This document shows positions 24,793 to 37,186 of a stretch of DNA of 64,000 bases, in pieces. The position numbers and the translations under genes are program-made. This DNA is from Sphaerodactylus townsendi. Its lineage: Eukaryota. Within the stretch, counting starts at the first letter, position 1. The number at the start of each line of letters is the position of its first letter. The stretch lies in NCBI RefSeq assembly GCF_021028975.2, contig NC_059429.1:111290001-111354000 (forward strand), written 5' to 3'. A model generated the notes under the pieces. It worked only from the letters and a program-made list of their open reading frames with translations, made no database searches and was not told the origin of the DNA.

Positions 24793-25007
24793 TTCTTTAA
24801 CAGGTGGAGACTCAACAGGTAGAGAGGATTCTTTAACAGGTGGAAACTCAACAGGTAGAGAGGATTTGTTAACAGATGGAGACTCAACAGGTAGAGAGGA
24901 TTCTTTAACAGGTGGAGACTCAACAGGTAGAGAGGATTTGTTAACAGATGGAGACTCAACAGGTAGAGAGGATTCTTTAACAGGTGAAGACTCAACAGGT
25001 AGAGAGA
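24793..25007. repeat. 36-bp minisatellite, 6 copies
   Basis: Unit TTCTTTAACAGGTGGAGACTCAACAGGTAGAGAGGA starting at 24793, 24829, 24865, 24901, 24937 and 24973. No spacers. Confidence 0.95.
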
Positions 25008-26339
25008 CCTGTGTTTTAATATCGGCTCCTCTTGACGCGTGGTCACCGGGGGTCGGGGCTGAATTTAGGTCAGATTTAAGCATGACGCTATCGGACAAGC
25101 ACCTCGTCGGTGACCTGGCGTTTCCTAAGGTCTGGCCTACCCATTCAGCAGAACGAGATGTCGAATTAGTGATGCAAAAATTAGTTTGCTGAGAATGGGA
25201 AGTGTGTTTGTTATTTAAACCTTGAATCGATTATGCAGGAATAATAATAAGAGTATTAATTTGTTGTTGATTAAGTAACTGCTTATTAGATACTTAGTGC
25301 TGTTTTGGAATTAAAGGTTAGAAGCTATTGAATTATAAACTATGCAGAGTTCTGTCTGAATGATATTAGTACTGTAACTTTAAGATCCAGTGTGTTAGAG
25401 TTAATATATGTATAGTCAATGGGATTCTGTATTTTCTTTTTTCTCTTTCTATATTTTCTTATCTATTTTTGAATTATATTTCAGAAAACTAAGAAAAATA
25501 TTATTAAAAAGAACTAGTAAGCGATGCTTATTCAGCTTGCCTTTCTATTTTGAAGGCTTCTCTGTGTTAGAGAAGGGAAAATCCCCTGTCAGTTGAAAAC
25601 TACAAACAAATCTAGGCCATTCCAGGTAAAGGGTTTAGTTCTGCCTGCTCTGTGGCTTCTGCTCGTGGAGGCTTGCTTAGTGGAAGGGTGTGTTCAGAAA
25701 ATGCGATTCCCTCGTGCAGTGAGGGGTATTACAATGCACTGTCTCAGCGCTCTGTCACTTCATGCTGTGTTTGTACACAGGGTTTAATATGCATTGCTTC
25801 ACATAGCAGCTGAGTAGTCTGCTTAAATCAGGTGCTGGCAATGTGCTGCATCACATGTGTGCATTTTACTTGCCCAGTGGTGACACATTTATATCAGTTC
25901 TGAGCTTGGAAGATATGAGATGAGTCATCTTCATCTGGCTTCCGGTCTAGAATTCCCTGCCTCAAAAGGCTCATCAGAATCATAAAATCATAAAATCATA
26001 GCGTTGGAAGGGGCCATACAGGCCAATGCAGGATCAGCCTAGAAACTACCTCATGCCTGATCTCTGGCGGATTTATTAAAATATGTTATGGAAGTGTATT
26101 TTAATGCTTCAATTTGTAATGCAGGTTTTATGTTGCTGCTTACATATTTATATGCTGACTTTTATTCTAGCTATTTTAGTTTTGTTCAGGGTTACTGCTG
26201 GCCGTTCACTTAAATTGCTTTCTTTAGGTCTATTTATGCTTTTATTTCTTGTTCGTATTGAAAGCCGCCTTGAGAATTACAATAAAAATATGGGACAAAG
26301 TTACTAAATAGGTGAAGTGTTACTCGTTGCTGTGTCCCC

Positions 26340-26870
26340 ATCACAGAAAAAAATAAAGTAAAAATAAAAGAATTCAATAGAAACAACCAGGGAGAAGGGC
26401 CAATAATAGGTATTGGGTATGCCAAACAAAAAAGTCTTCACCTGTTAGCAGAAGACAATGATATCAGAAGACAAAACTAATCTATCTGGAGAAGAATTTT
26501 CAAAGTTTTGGTGCCATGAACGAGAGGGCCCTTTCTGAGATCACCAACGTGTGTAGCTTCAGATGGTGGGAGCACCTGAAGCAGTGCCTTTGATGATGAT
26601 TGGAATGAACAGGTAGGTTCATACTGGAGAAGATGGTCCTCAAGTTATACTGGCCACAAGTATTGCAAGGTTTTAAAGCTCAATATGAGCCCCTTGAATT
26701 GGGCCCAGAAGCAAGTTGGTAGCCAGGATACACCGAGAGAGGTTGAAGCGATACGGTACCTATGACCCATTCCAGTCAGCATTCTGGCTGCAGCATTCTG
26801 TACCAAATGTAACTTCCAGACAGTCCGCAAGAGTAGCCCTACATAGGGCACATTGTGGCAATTTAATTTA
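26340..26870 (-). mobile_element. Degenerate L2-type LINE 3' fragment
   Basis: ORF YVGLLLRTVWKLHLVQNAAARMLTG...WLP...FKGLILSFK. Confidence 0.75.
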
Positions 26871-27447
26871 GAGGTACCAGAATATGCACCAGCTCATGGC
26901 TTCATTCAGGAATCACTGAAGTTCACCAGTCGGCACTCATTCCATTAACTCACTCAAGAATGGTACATTTGAAACTGGATGGTAGCCAACACTTGTGGGT
27001 TTAGAGTAGATTTCTATCAGAGGGAATGGATCACTTTCTTCTTTAAGGCAGGTCGACCACCTCCTCTCTCAAGGAGACATTTACTGCCTCCTGGACCCAG
27101 TCTGCAAGCTCCCTAGCAGATTTAAGCAAGCAGTTGGGAGGTCTCAGGTTTCCAAGAACTCTGTCCACATCCTCACATTGTATAAGCTGAAAGGTGTCCC
27201 ACACAACTGGACACATTGGTACCCGGGGACTATCCTATCCTGTCAGTATTAATGTAGAATCCAAGGCAGAGGATGGGAGAGACTTCATTCGGAAAGGGCT
27301 TAGCAAAATAATTGCAGTGGTCTGCAGAGAATTCCTCCTGCTCTATGCTGAACCCAGTAGGTCCGGATCCACCCAGAAGGGTTCTGCAGGTCTACACTGT
27401 TAGATACCTAATGAGATAGTTCACAATACAAACTCCACATCTTAAGA

Positions 27448-27583
27448 CAGTGGTGGTGAACCTTTGGCACTCCCAATGTTATGGACTACAATTCCCATCA
27501 GCCCTTCCAGCACGGCCAATTGGCAGGGGCTGATGGGAATTGTAGTCCATAACATCTGGAGTGCCAAAGATTCGCCCCCATGG
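27448..27583. mobile_element. Hairpin hAT MITE
   Basis: Palindromic, 8-bp TSD TCTTAAGA, core related to 9007-9141. Confidence 0.8.
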
Positions 27584-29870
27584 TCTTAAGATGTACCGTG
27601 GACAGAGATAGGGGACTCAGGCCGATAAAGCCAAGCCCCCTCCCAAACACAAAAAGAGATCAGTAGAGAGTCATGGTTTGCCTGTTGTATGTTTGGAAGT
27701 TCAAACTACAATTTGGATTATGAACTATTGTTGAGGCGTTATCCAAATTGAGGCAAACCACAGCAATGAGAGAAGGAATTATATCTGGAGGAGTCTTTCA
27801 AGAAGACAGAAATTCCTTTTCTACAACCAGTGCTGCAGACGTGCCCAGTACTAAAGCAAGAGGTAGCTGCAGAGTGCTGCACTGCATGCTGTCTCAGCCT
27901 GTTCTGCCATTCCTAGTTCTTGCATGATGTTACAAAGAGATATGCTGTATTTGCATTATGAAAAATAATGTACAATAAAGTAGCCTGCCTTCAAGTTTTT
28001 TACTTGTAAATTCAATATTAATTTTCTGTAAAGGCAGACCGTTCTCATGTACCTGCAATCATCCATTTGCTTGGTAGGTGACTAGCACAGGAAGCTGTTG
28101 TAGGCACAGGAAGCTGTTGTAGGCACACGCCGCTTCCTTTTGGGTTTTCGTCGGTGCCTGATTCAACACCTGGTGTATACACCAAGCACATTGTGACACA
28201 TCGATCCTTCTAGATGTGTCATAATGACATCCAACAAGCAAGGCAAGTAAGAAACCTACCTGATTAAATCATGCCAGAGCCAACAAACATCACCTGAGAG
28301 GAGCAGGGAGGGAGGTGCATCCAAGTGAGCACCGTTCTAGTAGTTTTTCTACTCTCTCTTTTCCTTGTCAACTTGAGCTCTGAAGGCTGGGAAAATCGGC
28401 TTTCCTTGTTGGTGTACAATTCAGCATAGGAAGGTCAAACTATTCTTACTCTTTGAAAGTTGTAATAGCTGTTTTCAGTAGAGCAGTACAGACATGCTTA
28501 TAGGGGGATAATTCAGGACAAAGCAGTTTTATTTTTATCTTATTTTTATTTTATTCTTTGATCTATATCCCGCCCTCCCCCGTAGGGCTCAGGGCGGCAG
28601 GCAACAACTGTCATAAACAACAAAATATCAACAATTATGCCACTATGTGTGTATGGAAGTTTGAGGCATAATTACTCTTGAAGTAAGTCTGCTTGCAGTC
28701 AGTGAGACTCTAGAATCATGAATGCTTTCTTGAGAATAAGGCCTGTTGAATTTGATGTGGTTTATAATATAACTATCATGTTGCAAGTCTGGGCTTTTAG
28801 CATAGCCTTCTGGTTGGTTTGCTGGTATTCTGTGCAGAGGGATGGCGTATTTATTATTGTATAGAGGAGCATTCAATCATGAGGGGACCCCATATAAAGT
28901 CAGAATGGGGAAAATATTGACAAGCTAGGGCAGTATAGGCTTTCAATGTATAGGCTTTCATGGCACTTAGGCTTTCAATGTTTCCACCTGAATAACATTG
29001 GTTGCATGCTCTGTGTACTTTTTCTCAAAAGTCAGTCATATTGAATTTAGTGGGGTTTGATTCAGAATAAACATGCCAGATTGAATTTTTGGGGAAACTG
29101 TAGCCTCAGACATTTAGAGCTTGGTAGAAAACGCCTCGGATATCAAAATTACTTAAAGGTCCCCAATAGACTGTTTGTTATACAACTTAAATTTTGGGGT
29201 AAGGAAGGGGTGAAATCCTGATAGATGAAACCAATAAGCTGTTGAGAGCCAGCATGATGCATTGGTTAAGAGCAGGGACTTGTGTTTGATTCCCTACTCC
29301 TCTACATGAAGCCTCTGGGTGAGCTTGGGCCAGTCAGTTCTTTCAGAACTCTTTCAGCCCTACCTGCCTTACAAGGCGTCATATGATTGTAAGCCACTTT
29401 GAGGTAGAGAAAAGCAGTACATCATAGAAAACTGGTAGGGACACTGGTCTGTGCTGTTAGTAGGAGATTGTTATGTTTCATGAGTCACGTGTGTGGAAAT
29501 TAACAAGTTGCGTGCAGACTGGCTTTTCCAGAATGAATTTAGTAATGATGAAGCAGCCCTTGTGTGAAGTTTGTCCTAGATGTACCTTTCTTCCATTTGC
29601 TGTTGCTTCTTGTCTTGTAATCCTTCATATAGCTTCATTCTTTCCAAAAGAAGTGGAACTGCTTATTATATTATTTGGATGTTCCACACAGAATTGCTGT
29701 TAGCTTTTTGACTTTCTGATACATCTCCAGATAATGTTTCAGCTTGGGCACTTTCACCAGTGAAATATCAAATGAAGTCATACCTATTCAGGTGTGTCTG
29801 TGTTATTTTCATGTGCTTATATTCTCTCTTCAGCCTGCAGAGAGGGAGAGCAGTGGATTGTGCTCCAGAA

Positions 29871-29932
29871 ATGTCGGAGATTGAGGAGAACCTTCAAGCA
29901 GCTTTCAAAAAGCTAAGAGTGGATGCAGAGGG
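29871..29932 (+). CDS. OSER1: OSER1 paralogue B, first coding exon
   Basis: Encodes [21 protein letters not shown], donor GG|gtaagc. Pyrimidine-rich acceptor ctctcttcag ends at 29833. Confidence 0.9.
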
Positions 29933-29987
29933 GTAAGCAACAACGCAGTGAAATTTAGCATTTGTGTGATTTTTTAAAAATTACATA

Positions 29988-30309
29988 CCGTGTTTCCCCG
30001 AAAATAAGCCCTATCATGATTTTTCAGGATTTTTGGAGGATGCTTTAAATATAAGCCCTCCTCCAGAAATAAGCCCTACCGGTAGTTACAGTTCAGGATG
30101 GTGTGATCCAGCAGGGTTCTCCCTGCCAATGAGGATGTGGCTTGCATCACATGTGACGGGGAAGCAATGGGGCTGCTGAGAGCCCGCCTTAATGAATTGT
30201 GAAGGTACCATATTTCCCCTAAAATAAGCCCTACCCTGAAAATAGTCCTAATGCATCTTTTGGTGCAAAAATTAATATAAGACCCTGTCTCATTTTCGGG
30301 GAAACACGG
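29988..30309. mobile_element. Tc1/mariner (Tigger-like) MITE
   Basis: TIR CCGTGTTTCCCCGAAAAT / ATTTTCGGGGAAACACGG flanked by TA on both sides. Confidence 0.85.
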
Positions 30310-32225
30310 TAGTAGGAAACCTGGAGAGAGCCAGCATGGAAACCCGATTTTACATCCTCACACCATGGAAATTTGCTGCGTGATGTTGGGAGAGTCATAC
30401 ACTCTCAGCCCTGACCCTGGTTAGTATTTGGATAAAGACCTCCAAGGAATACCAAGATGGAGCAAACCAACAGCAAACCACCTTTGAACGTCTCTTGCCT
30501 TGAAAACACTTTGGGGTCACAATAAGTCAGATGTGACTTGACAACAAGAAATAAAAAAGGAAGAGGAACCTAAACAGAAATTATCTTTGTATTTAATTCA
30601 GTTCATTTTTTTAAAAATAGCTGTCTTGGTGGAGGAGAGAATATGTATGATGAAGAGCCACTAAACATTGTGGCTCCTTACTCCTCTGCCCTCAGATACC
30701 TAGTTTACTTCTGTCATCCTTTCTGTAGTATGGTCCCTGGTTTTAATTTCTAAAAAAAATTTCCACAGCACTTCTTGAATGTTCAGTGTGGTTCATGTCT
30801 GCTAACAGCATTTTCTGTCCTCTTATAAAGGTAGACCATGTTACAAAAATAGGGCTGATACTGAAATAACAGTGGTGCTGTTTGAACTGAGAACTTCCTA
30901 GTATGCCCTTATGTACTACTCTATAGCAATTTGTGGGGGACTCCCAACTTCTTTGCAAACAATATAAACTTAGTGCAAAATTAAAATCTTCTGTGGATCG
31001 AATTTAGGAAGGGTGTGTGTGCGGATCTTTTAAAAGAGGCTTCAGATATCCTGCCAGCTCCGGTTTAAAATAGTACAACTTAATTAAGCTGCAATGTCTG
31101 AATTGACAGACCACAGCTTGCAATTCACTGGCAAGCCAGAACTAGAAACTATGGGTTGTACTAACTTGGACGGGTGTGAGAAATTACAGCCTTCCTCAAA
31201 GAATATTTGCATTGTGGAGTGGGAATGAACTTGTGAACTATATGAACCTGAGGGTGGAAAATGGAAGGAGGCTCAAACTGTCTTGAGTGTATAAATGACT
31301 GACTATGGTTTAGCATGGTGTATGAACTGAAGGTCGAGGAAATAACTGCAGATGTATGACTACACAGTTCTTACATCTAGAAATATGCCTACCTCTGAGA
31401 GACTACTGAAGTCTGAATTCCCATTCATTGTATTTCATGTACCTCCAAGGTAGTTGCTTTTATGCTTCAAGTGTGAGTGAAAGAGCATATCAGTGTCTTA
31501 CCTGAAGCTGACCTGTGGTGCTAAACTGCTAACTATGTTTGTGAGTAAGTTATGTGCCGTCACGTTGCGTCTGATTTGTGGCAGCTCTACGAATGAATGA
31601 CCTTTAAAACATCCTGTCATTAACAGTCTTGTTTAGGTTTTGCAAACAGCTAAGTAGCATTCCTACTGGAACTTGTATTGCTAAGTTCAGCTCATATTGT
31701 TTCCCCCTTAACCATAACTGTCTCAGTTGTCTTAGAATGGAACACTTCGGATTTGTTTGTTCATGCTACTTTAGATTGGCCATGACTCATTATTGACAGC
31801 AGTTGATTTGTTTGGCCTTGATTTTGGTCCTGACTGGATCAAGCCGGTGGTTTCTTTTGTATCCTATCAGTGATCGTTTCAGGTGCCTGAGAGCAAGCAT
31901 TAGCATGGGACCGTGCTGATAATTTTCAGCCACTTGGTGGAGATGCTAGTTGGGATGGTATTAATTATAACCATACTTGAATCTCTTCAGAACTATTTAT
32001 TAGGGATTAGCATATTTCCTTGGAGGTGAGCAGCGGGACTAGTTTGGGCAAGGTATTGGTAATTACTAATAAAACATCCCTCTGTGATGGGATATATGCC
32101 AACCGAACAGCATAAAAATAGAAAGCATTATTGACTTGCTGAACTGTTGTTTTCCCCATTCTGTCCTGCAGGGATTTTATAAGGTTCAGAGAAACCTTTC
32201 TAAATTAACTTGTCTGCCAAGAAGC

Positions 32226-32610
32226 TACTGCTGCGTGTTCTAATGCGAGTGTTAGGCTATTGAGCTTCAACTACTGTTGCACTCTGGCTATAACTAATTT
32301 TTCATATGCGTATGTATATACATGAATTTATAGCATTGTTCATATTTTTTATATTTTTTATATTTCATTAATTTTCAACACAATCACTTCTTGTTAACAA
32401 CATCCAAAAGGTAAGTTTAACAACATCTACTTTGTGGATGAAATATAATGTAATGATGTAAATTCATGTATATATATACGCATATATATATATGTATATA
32501 TATACGCATATGAAAAATTAGTTATAGCCAGAGTGCAACAGTAGTTGTGGTCTTATTACTAATATTTACTGCTGCGTGTTCTAATGCGAGTGTTAGGCTA
32601 TTGAGCTTCA
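32226..32610. repeat. Fold-back insertion flanked by a 44-bp direct repeat
   Basis: Direct repeat 32226-32269 = 32567-32610. Perfect 46-bp inverted arms at 32268-32313 and 32502-32547. Confidence 0.9.
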
Positions 32611-33039
32611 CCACTGCCCTCCATTCACTGAACATATGCACTAGAACAGACTCCACGACTGCACTTGGCAGGAGGCAGTAGGAGAGACTGGACAAACTGT
32701 GCTGCAAAGAAGCATGTCCACCACTTTCTCATTGAGGACCCCTCTGGAGGTCTTTCCGGGAGCGCCAAGGTTTTGCAATTACAGATTGCAAATGTGACGA
32801 ACACACAACAGCCACAAAAAAACCACAAAACATTCCAACTGCTTGACAAGCAGCAACTTGAGATTGTGTCATAAATTCCTTGCTAGGCTCATTCTGTTGT
32901 GCACAATAATGACTCTGCCCTCCCACTCCAATATGCCGTGTCATGCTTCCAGTGAAGTTTCTGTCGCTGTTGACCTTAATGTTTTATTTCTTATAGCCCT
33001 CCTAGTGCTATGAAAAAGACAATAACACTAAGAACAGTT

Positions 33040-33205
33040 GAAAGCAGCAAGCGAAGAGGAAGAGCCAACATGAGATGGATTGACTCAATAAAGGAAGCCA
33101 CGGCCCTCCGTTTGTAAGACCTGAGCAAGGCTGTTAATGATAAGATGTTTTGGAGGTCATTCATTTGTAGGGTTGCCGTGAATCGGAAGTGACTTAACAG
33201 CTCGT
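33040..33205 (+). mobile_element. RTE/BovB-like LINE 3' fragment
   Basis: gaagaggaagagccaacatgagatggattgac...gggttgccgtgaatcggaagtgactt is typical of RTE 3' ends (RGR..MRWID). Confidence 0.65.
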
Positions 33206-34222
33206 AGACACGGAGTTAGGGAGAAAATGGGAGAGAGAAAAAATGAATGGTGTATCACAAATTCAGAAAGCCAGAAGGTCACCATGGATGAATGTAAGGC
33301 TTGTTTCTAGAATATACCTGTAAAAAAGTGTAAAACATGTTGTTTGTCCAATAATTATAAAAATAGCCTGTTCAATGACATTAGAACAGGTGGAGCACGT
33401 GCGTTGCTTTATTTTGGTGTGTCTTCCATTTCTAATCACTGTTTCTTGAGGCTTTCCTTAAATCTGTGAAGCAGTGATCTTAGTTTAGATACAGTTCCCT
33501 GTTGGTTTTCTCTTCAGAAAAAGTGGAAGCGTTGCTATTCTTGAGAAACAAGATGGAAACCCATGACAAATTGTGGGGTGAAAAGGAATAAATTATTTGT
33601 TAGTTTCCTCACTGTACCTCAATTCCCCTTTCCATGGTTCTATAAGCACTTAGGACTTGAGCAAGCCAATTCTCCTATCTTTGATCCACCCCCCACCCCC
33701 CACCCCCACTTCCCATAAAATGCTCAACTGATTTTAGTATTCTTTGCCTCCAAGATTCTGGGATGTCGCAGAATTCTGAGTGACTGTTTCTAGAGCAGCG
33801 CAAAGAGAATTGTGCCTGATGTTTCTGTGTATCTCTGGGTTAGCGTGTTTTTGGAAATGATGCTAATTTGGGGGCTTAAGTTGCCATTAAAGGTCTTTAT
33901 GGTGTTCTGTTTTAGTCTATTAGTGTGAAAAATCTTTGTAAATTAATGCTGTGCACAGAAGCTGAAAAATACATAGGGCTCTAAAAAATCCATTTACTTT
34001 AAACTCATAATCGTTCAAGTGCTGCATGGCAGTTAGCTGGCTCGCTTCAGGAAAAATCTGTACTATGCGAGCAAAAGTTGTTTGGCTTAGTAGGTCACTA
34101 AATAAGCCAAGTATAAATATATTAACAAGTACCATATATATCAGAAAGCAGAGGTCTATTAACCCTACTGCAGGATTTTTGGTGGGGGTTTTTTTCAGAA
34201 GGCTATTTTTTCCCCATTTCAG

Positions 34223-34333
34223 GTCCACTGCTACACTGTCTGTGAGCGAGTCGACATCTCTGAGACCGCCTGTAAGACCTACAGATGAAACCAAACAGAA
34301 GAACATGAATGCATCTAAAGAGAGCTGGCACTG
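34223..34333 (+). CDS. OSER1: OSER1 paralogue B, middle coding exon (111 nt, phase 2/2)
   Basis: ccccatttcag|G...CACTG|gtaagg. Encodes STATLSVSESTSLRPPVRPTDETKQKNMNASKESWH. Confidence 0.92.
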
Positions 34334-34705
34334 GTAAGGTGGAAGCCTGAGCCAGGCTAATGGAACCCCATCAGATACGGAGTGTTCTGCCAAAGTTCTT
34401 GGTCCTCTAGAGCAGCTTAAAAGTGACCAGTACCAATGCAGCTGATGCATGATGTTGAGCCTGAGAGGCAGGACGATGCAAACTGGTGCTGCCTTGTATT
34501 CCAAGTGATTTTAGCCCCTCCTTTTTAATATAAAATAAAGAGCTGGCCCTTGACTTCCTGTTGACAAAAAGGTGCTGCATGAGGGAATGGAGGCAGATCT
34601 TGCCTGCACTGCAGCATGCCACTGTTCCTTAGCACCTCAGAAAAAGTGCAAACCACAGGCCTGTGTTGTTTTGTGATGGGTGAGGGATCAGCTGTCTACT
34701 TACAC

Positions 34706-34816
34706 CATGTTCATGAACTACAATTCCCATCAGCCCTGCCACTTAGCCATGCTGGCAGGGGCTGATGGGAATTGTAGTCCATGAACATCTGGAGGGCCAT
34801 AGTTTAAAGACCCCTG
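34706..34816. mobile_element. Internally deleted hairpin hAT MITE
   Basis: Same core as 27448-27583, 8-bp TSD ACTTACAC. Confidence 0.75.
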
Positions 34817-34985
34817 ACTTACACTACTGCAGATAATGTAAGTATCCCATCCTTTGGCAGATTACAATCAGTACTGTGTATCATCATTTAGGAGTAGGAG
34901 AGTAGATCAATTTGTGTGCAGGTTTTCATGCTGTTCCACATCACTGGGGGACCAGGAGGCGAATCGTGGTCATGCTAGTCCACCC

Positions 34986-36179
34986 CAAGGATGTAGGTAA
35001 GGGGGGGTCTCGGGTTCAACCCCCCATTCATGTTCGAAGCTCCGCCCCCCGTTTGTGGGTTTTAAAAACATTTTTAGTGGGTTTTTTTGTTTTTGGCGTG
35101 CAGGGGGCGCATTGTTTAGGCTAGCAGCACCAAACTTTCAGGGATTGTTTGGGGGACTCTCCTGATTATACCACCCAGGTTTGGTTCATGGGGTCCAAAG
35201 TTATGGATTCCCAAAGGGGGTGCCCCATCCCCCATTGTTTCCAATGGGAGCTAATAGGAGATGGGGGTTACACATTTGAGGGTCCATATCTTTGGCCCCC
35301 ATGAACCAAACGTTTCTAAACCTGGGTAGTATCATCAGGAGAGTCTCCTAAAGATACCCTGAAAGTTTGGTGCTTCTAGCTTAACAATTGCACCCCTGAC
35401 AGCAGGCACCCCCCAAATTTCCCCAGACTCTCCTTTTAAATCCACCCCCTTTGGCATGAATTTAAAGGGAGAATCTGAGGTCCTCAGTGGAAGAAGAAGA
35501 GTTTGGATTTATATCCCCCCTTTCCTTCCTGTAGGAGACTCAAAGGAACTTAGAATCTCCTTACCCTTCCCCCCTCACAACAAACACTTGAGAGAGCTCC
35601 AAAAAGCTGTGACTAGCCCAAGGTTACCCAGCTGGCATGTGTGGGAGTGCACAGGCTAATCTGAATTCCCCAGATAAGCCTCCACAGCTCAAGCGGCAGA
35701 GCAGGGAATCAAACCCGGTTCCTCCAGATTAGAATGCACCTACTCTTAACCACTACGCCACATTGAAAGTGATGCTGTTTCAGGGTGGGGGATAATCCAC
35801 CGCAAAACAGCATCACTTTCAATGTTGTTCAACTGGGGACTCCAGATTTTCCCTTTAAGGTGGATTTAAAAGGAGAATTTGGGCTCTCTAGTTTAAACAC
35901 CATTGAAAGAGATGCTGTTTGGGGGTGGATTCCAACATCACAGTGGCTGGCGGGGTGGGGGTGGGGGTCGCAAAACTCAGATTTTGCACCGGGCTCCATT
36001 TTCCCTCTATGCCTCTGCCCAGAGGGGAGGGCAGAAGGAGCTGCCTGCTGGGAGCCCAGCTGGTGGGGGGCAGGGGAGGGAAGGGCGGCGGAGTCTGCTG
36101 TCCCGGCCTCGGAGACGGCCATGCCCTAGGGGCGGGTGGGGGTGTGCCCCTCCATAAAAAATCTATACCTATGTCCCTG
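34986..36179. mobile_element. Large non-autonomous hAT-like element with nested SINE (about 35490-35761, minus)
   Basis: Flanks gtccaccc/gtctaccc, internal inverted blocks, core shared with 16978-17437. Confidence 0.55.
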
Positions 36180-36607
36180 GTCTACCCCCATTCTGCCACT
36201 GAGCAGTTTAATGCTTACATAGAGGCCTTTGTGCATAGAGCCTAATGTCTGTAGGACATTTCCACTGTTGCATAACCTTGCAGTGTCTGGGCCACAGGGA
36301 CAGAAGCAGGTGTGCTGTTGGTAGGGTGATCTTGCCATTCCAGTTCCTCTGCTGCACACACAGTTCAAATGTCTGCACACGTTTCAGACCTTTGTTTCTT
36401 ATAAATGTTTGTTTCAAGAGGATTTTTCCTGTATTTCCACAGTCTCTTTTTTTTTGCTTGCTTGCTTTTTAATGAAACTGTGGGGAGAAAAAGAAAGAAA
36501 TCCATCTCAGGTTAGCTATGAAAAGTACTTAGAGCTTATTTTCTACTGTAGAAATCCTTGTGATACATTCTGTCTTATTCCTTTTGGAATGAGGAAGGGG
36601 AGAAGGG

Positions 36608-36890
36608 AAGCAGGTGTGGTGGTTAAGAGCAGGTGGATTCTAATCTGGAGAACCAGGTTTGATTCCCCACTTCTCCACTTGAGTGGCAGAGGTTTATCTG
36701 GTGAACCAGATGTGTTTTCACACTCCTACATTCCTGCTGGATGACCTTGGGCTAGTCACAGTTCTTCAGAACTCTCTCAACCCCACCTACCTCACAAGGT
36801 GTCTGTTGTGGGGAGAGGAAGGGAAAGGAGCTTGCAAGCCACTTTGAGTCTCCTTGCAGGAGAGAAAGGTGGGATATAAATCCAAATTCT
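36608..36890 (+). mobile_element. Squamate tRNA-derived SINE
   Basis: ggtgtggtggttaagagc...ggtttgattcccc head, highly similar to the copy at 40991-41262. Confidence 0.75.
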
Positions 36891-37186
36891 TCTCCTTTCT
36901 CAAGGAACCCAAGATGGTATAAACTAATGTGTTGCATATATTAATTAAAAAATACACAATGTAATGCAGAGAACTTTAAAGCACCACAATAGGACCCAAG
37001 ACAAAGAATGCATTTTCATGCACTCTAGTATAAAACCTCAGTTCTATGGAAGGCATTTCTTTTCTGTTCAGTGCATGTGAAAATAATGATATTTTCTAAA
37101 TTATCAGGAAGTTGCAGAGTCACAATACAGTGTGGCTTGATGGTCATCGGTGCAGAATAAACAACTAATTTTGCTTCACTTTTTAG

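Noticed and set aside
24793-25007. 36-bp repeats as a CRISPR array
   Set aside because: Units are contiguous with no unique spacers, there are no cas genes, and the DNA is vertebrate.
24622-25098. 158-aa repeat ORF as a real gene
   Set aside because: Openness is largely explained by a stop-free 36-bp repeat and GC-rich flanks. No recognisable homology, so it is not called as a CDS.
33920-34504. 194-aa minus-strand ORF and other antisense ORFs over exons (e.g. 15646-16113, 37616-38119, 59198-59605)
   Set aside because: Shadow frames of real exons with no recognisable protein features.
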